A stretch of 64,000 nucleotides of DNA from Vicinamibacterales bacterium (GTDB lineage: Bacteria; Acidobacteriota; Vicinamibacteria; Vicinamibacterales; UBA8438): contig OZ253543.1 of the NCBI GenBank assembly GCA_965262555.1, positions 1,413,583 to 1,477,582 of the forward strand. Direction: 5' to 3'. Under the pieces are notes generated by a model. That model had not been told where the DNA came from and did not search any database. It worked only from the letters and a program-made list of their open reading frames with translations. Position numbers and translations under genes: made by a program. Numbering within the stretch: position 1 is the stretch's first letter; every line of letters starts with the position of its first letter. This document shows positions 61,725 through 64,000 of this stretch, one piece after another.

Positions 61725-61790
61725 TCTGAAGCGCCTGCATCATTCGCGCTTCCGGTTGGGCAAGTGCTTCGCAGAGAGCCTCTGCTGGTC

Positions 61791-63248
61791 TCACTCGCCC
61801 GGATCGAGAATCGTTGCGGCCGGGCCGGTCAGCTCCACGATGTGCAGGCCGGTGTCGGCACGGTCCGCCAGGTAGATCAATCCTCGGTCGTCGACCTCCA
61901 CGTTGTTCGTCTGGATGGCCACCTGGCAGGTGTCGACGCCATCGATGGTGGCGCAGCGCTCGGCCGTCTGTGCGGTCGTGGCGGGGATGTAGTACGCCAC
62001 CTCCACCATGTTGAACGGGTCGCGGACGTCGATGACCCTGACGCCGGCGTTGAACCACGACACGACCATCAGTTTCCGGTAGAACGGCGGCTCCATCGAC
62101 CACTGCGGCGCGTGCGGGCCGAAGCGGCCGCCCCGGTCGCAGAAATCGCCGCTTGATTCGTCCACCTGGAAGGTCCCGATCGGGAGGGGGTGGGCCTCGT
62201 CCGTGATGTCGAGCATGAGCGTGACGTGCCGCGTCTCTTGGCACCGGTTGGCAGTCGATTCCGAGACGACGAACAGGAAGTCGCGCGTCGCGTTGTCGCG
62301 GTTGCCGGCGTAGTCGGCAATCTCCACGCCGAGCAGCGGCATCGCGGTGTGACCACCCCAATAGGACGGCAGGTCGACGCGGCCGATCTGCGGGTAGGCG
62401 AGGGCGGCGGGGCTCGCCCCGAGCGGCGCGGCGGCATCGGGGTCGCCGGTCAGCAGCCGGTCGCGGTCGAGGATCTGCACGGCGCCCTCGGCGGAGGTGC
62501 CGTACGCCATGTAGACGCGGTTCCCCCGTATGACCGCCTCGTGCAGACCCGATCCCCCCGGTATGGGTCCGCTCGCGTCCGGCTGGGCGCCGGGCAGGCT
62601 GAAGTCGCGGATGCGCCGCGGGGCGGCCGGGTCGGCTAGGTCGAAGACCTGCAGGATGCGCGGCGCGCGCCAGCCGTCGACGGTCCCGACCAGGTAGGCG
62701 ACGCCGGTGTCGCACTCCCACCAGTTCTTGTGCGTATGCTGCTCCCCGGATGGCGTCCGACCCATCTCAGCCACCGTGCGCACGAACGCGGGGCTCGCCG
62801 GGTCGGTGACATCCCAGACCTCGTGGCTGGTGTTCCCGTTCGACCGCAGCAGGTAGAAGCGGCCGGCGTCCGCTGCCGGCAGCCGGTCGCCTTCGCACAC
62901 CTGGACCATCTGTGCGCCGCTGGTGTCGCCGGTCGCGGGGATGTGGGCCAGATAGACGGGAGCGGCCGCGTCGGTGACGTCGACCACCGACGTGCCGTTC
63001 GGCTCGACGTCGCCGGTCAGCGGGTTCAGCGCCTCCCCGGCGTGGTGCCCGACGTACGCGATGCGGCGCTCTCCCTGCCGGACCGGCAGCGGCTGGTAGG
63101 CCGAACGCGCCTGCAGGTCGTTCGCGCCGACGAGCCGGGCGTTGAAACGCTCCTCGCCGTGGCCCGTATCCGCGGGCTGCGCCGGGGCCCGACCAGGGGC
63201 GGCGAGGACGAGCAGCGCGGCGAACGAAAGCGACATCCAGCGGTTCAT
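61791..63248 (-). CDS. Secreted LVIVD-repeat beta-propeller protein
   Basis: It has the signal peptide MNRWMSLSFAALLVLAAPGRAPAQ and an AGGAGG RBS. Repeated motifs resemble LVIVD blades (SVVDVTDAAAPV, HEVWDVTDPASP, LQVFDLADPAAP, VRVIDVRDPFNM, LHIVEL). I chose the ATG at 63248 inside ORF 61791..63695. Confidence 0.7.
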   Translation of the reverse strand: MNRWMSLSFAALLVLAAPGRAPAQPADTGHGEERFNARLVGANDLQARSAYQPLPVRQGERRIAYVGHHAGEALNPLTGDVEPNGTSVVDVTDAAAPVYLAHIPATGDTSGAQMVQVCEGDRLPAADAGRFYLLRSNGNTSHEVWDVTDPASPAFVRTVAEMGRTPSGEQHTHKNWWECDTGVAYLVGTVDGWRAPRILQVFDLADPAAPRRIRDFSLPGAQPDASGPIPGGSGLHEAVIRGNRVYMAYGTSAEGAVQILDRDRLLTGDPDAAAPLGASPAALAYPQIGRVDLPSYWGGHTAMPLLGVEIADYAGNRDNATRDFLFVVSESTANRCQETRHVTLMLDITDEAHPLPIGTFQVDESSGDFCDRGGRFGPHAPQWSMEPPFYRKLMVVSWFNAGVRVIDVRDPFNMVEVAYYIPATTAQTAERCATIDGVDTCQVAIQTNNVEVDDRGLIYLADRADTGLHIVELTGPAATILDPGE

Positions 63249-63454
63249 CGTGGCCTCCTGGTCAGTGGATCGTGCCCGGCGATATCGTTTTTCGGCGACG
63301 GGGCCCTGGTGCCGGACCGGGCAATCATCGGTGCTAGGATCGCGGCACTTCGCTTGTTCGGCAAGTGCTACATCATGGCGCCGTGCGAACGGGCGACCCA
63401 GCGTCCGCTGCTGGGGTAGGAGCACCAGCGCATGCCGGTCGCGTGACACGATAC

Positions 63455-63763
63455 ATGCTCGACCTTCTGGAGTTCTGGCCTGTCTTGTTTTTCTGGCCGG
63501 CGGTGGTGCTGAGCATGCTGGCGGCCTCCTTCGGACTGGCCCGCAGACGTCCAACGCCGGTGCTCGTGGCAGCGGCTCTAGCCGGCCCAGCGTCGGCGTA
63601 CCTTGCGGCGACACCGCGCTTCTTCGTGTGGGGGTTGTTCCCGGTCGGGGTCTATCTGGTGGCGGCGGTTGCCATCCGGCGCGACCAGAGGACACTGGGT
63701 ACGGCTCTGGTCGCGGTGAACGCCGGGTTCTTTGGGTGGTTGGCCCTCACGCTATTCGGCTGA
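63455..63763 (+). CDS. Hypothetical small membrane protein (3-4 TM)
   Basis: The translation is MLDLLEFWPVLFFWPAVVLSMLAASFGLA...FFVWGLFPVGVYLVAAVAI...VNAGFFGWLALTLFG. I recognise no family. Confidence 0.5.
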   Translation: MLDLLEFWPVLFFWPAVVLSMLAASFGLARRRPTPVLVAAALAGPASAYLAATPRFFVWGLFPVGVYLVAAVAIRRDQRTLGTALVAVNAGFFGWLALTLFG

Positions 63764-63863
63764 GTCCGGTCCAACGGCGCCCGCGGTTGCGGCCCGGCCC
63801 CCGAGGGCGTAGCATGGGCGCAGCGTCGCGGAGCGCTCGTCTCGGGGAGGAGTTCGGATTGTG

Positions 63864-64000
63864 ATGCCCGACGGGTTCAGGATGCGGAACCGGCTTGCGG
63901 CGGTCACGGTGGTCGCCACGGTGCTCGTGGCCCTCTGGCTGTCGGGCCTGCCGGCCGACGCCCAGGGCGAGTTGTACCGGGCGCCGCGTCTGCCCGGCAC
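63864..64000 (+). CDS. Hypothetical secreted protein, N-terminal fragment (runs off window)
   Basis: A GGGGAGGAG RBS precedes the ATG at 63864. The translation MPDGFRMRNRLAAVTVVATVLVALWLSGLPADAQGE looks like a signal peptide. The frame is open to the window end. Confidence 0.4.
   Translation, partial: MPDGFRMRNRLAAVTVVATVLVALWLSGLPADAQGELYRAPRLPG

Noticed and set aside
63344-63357. GGCACTTCGCTTGT, a sigma-54-like motif upstream of the small membrane protein gene.
   Set aside because: The near-invariant -12 GC is GT, and the upstream T of TGG is missing. This is too weak to call.

Overview
This is a 64 kb segment of a high-GC bacterial chromosome (GC judged by eye, not computed). Taxon cannot be assigned from here. 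BshC, the futalosine menaquinone route, PEGA and LVIVD proteins would suit an Acidobacteriota/Gemmatimonadota-like organism.

Most of the window is densely packed, operon-organised housekeeping DNA:
- a futalosine-type menaquinone cluster (mqnE/C-like, amidohydrolase, UbiA-type prenyltransferase, ubiX, ubiE);
- miaA;
- yceD-rpmF-plsX-fabD-fabG-acpP-fabF;
- etfB-etfA-ETF:quinone oxidoreductase;
- leuS-lptE-holA;
- rpsT, then alaS-recX-ilvE;
- hrcA-grpE-dnaJ-prmA-rsmE;
- bshC, carA-carB, comEC and mazG.

Two stretches are clearly accessory.

1. A small islet between rpsT and alaS (24.6-26.5 kb) holds a Phd/VapC toxin-antitoxin pair and a decayed 2OG-Fe(II) oxygenase.

2. A visibly lower-GC island runs from about 49.6 to 57.1 kb.
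- It opens with an intact IS3-family element with inverted repeats and a GTT target duplication.
- It carries a tightly coupled operon: a DUF262/DUF1524 (GmrSD/SspE-like) nuclease, a TcmP-like methyltransferase-fold protein and a DUF5131 (Gp37/Gp68, three-Cys) protein. This operon is my best candidate for an undescribed DNA-modification/restriction-type defence system.
- Next comes a DUF6088 (AbiEi-like) gene paired with an uncharacterised, possibly RNase H-fold protein.
- It ends in a short graveyard of gene fragments.

Downstream (57.1-61.7 kb) lie two near-identical divergent sigma-54-type promoters with palindromes between them. They flank an outer-membrane beta-barrel gene and a DUF5671-plus-beta-barrel operon, next to a sigma-54 enhancer-binding protein gene.

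Other oddities:
- a frameshifted rsmE and a truncated prmA;
- no dnaK and no CIRCE in the hrcA operon;
- a PEGA-domain pseudokinase;
- a consensus sigma-54 promoter directly upstream of comEC.

All calls come from reading the translations and the DNA. No searches were run, and start codons are often uncertain by a few codons.
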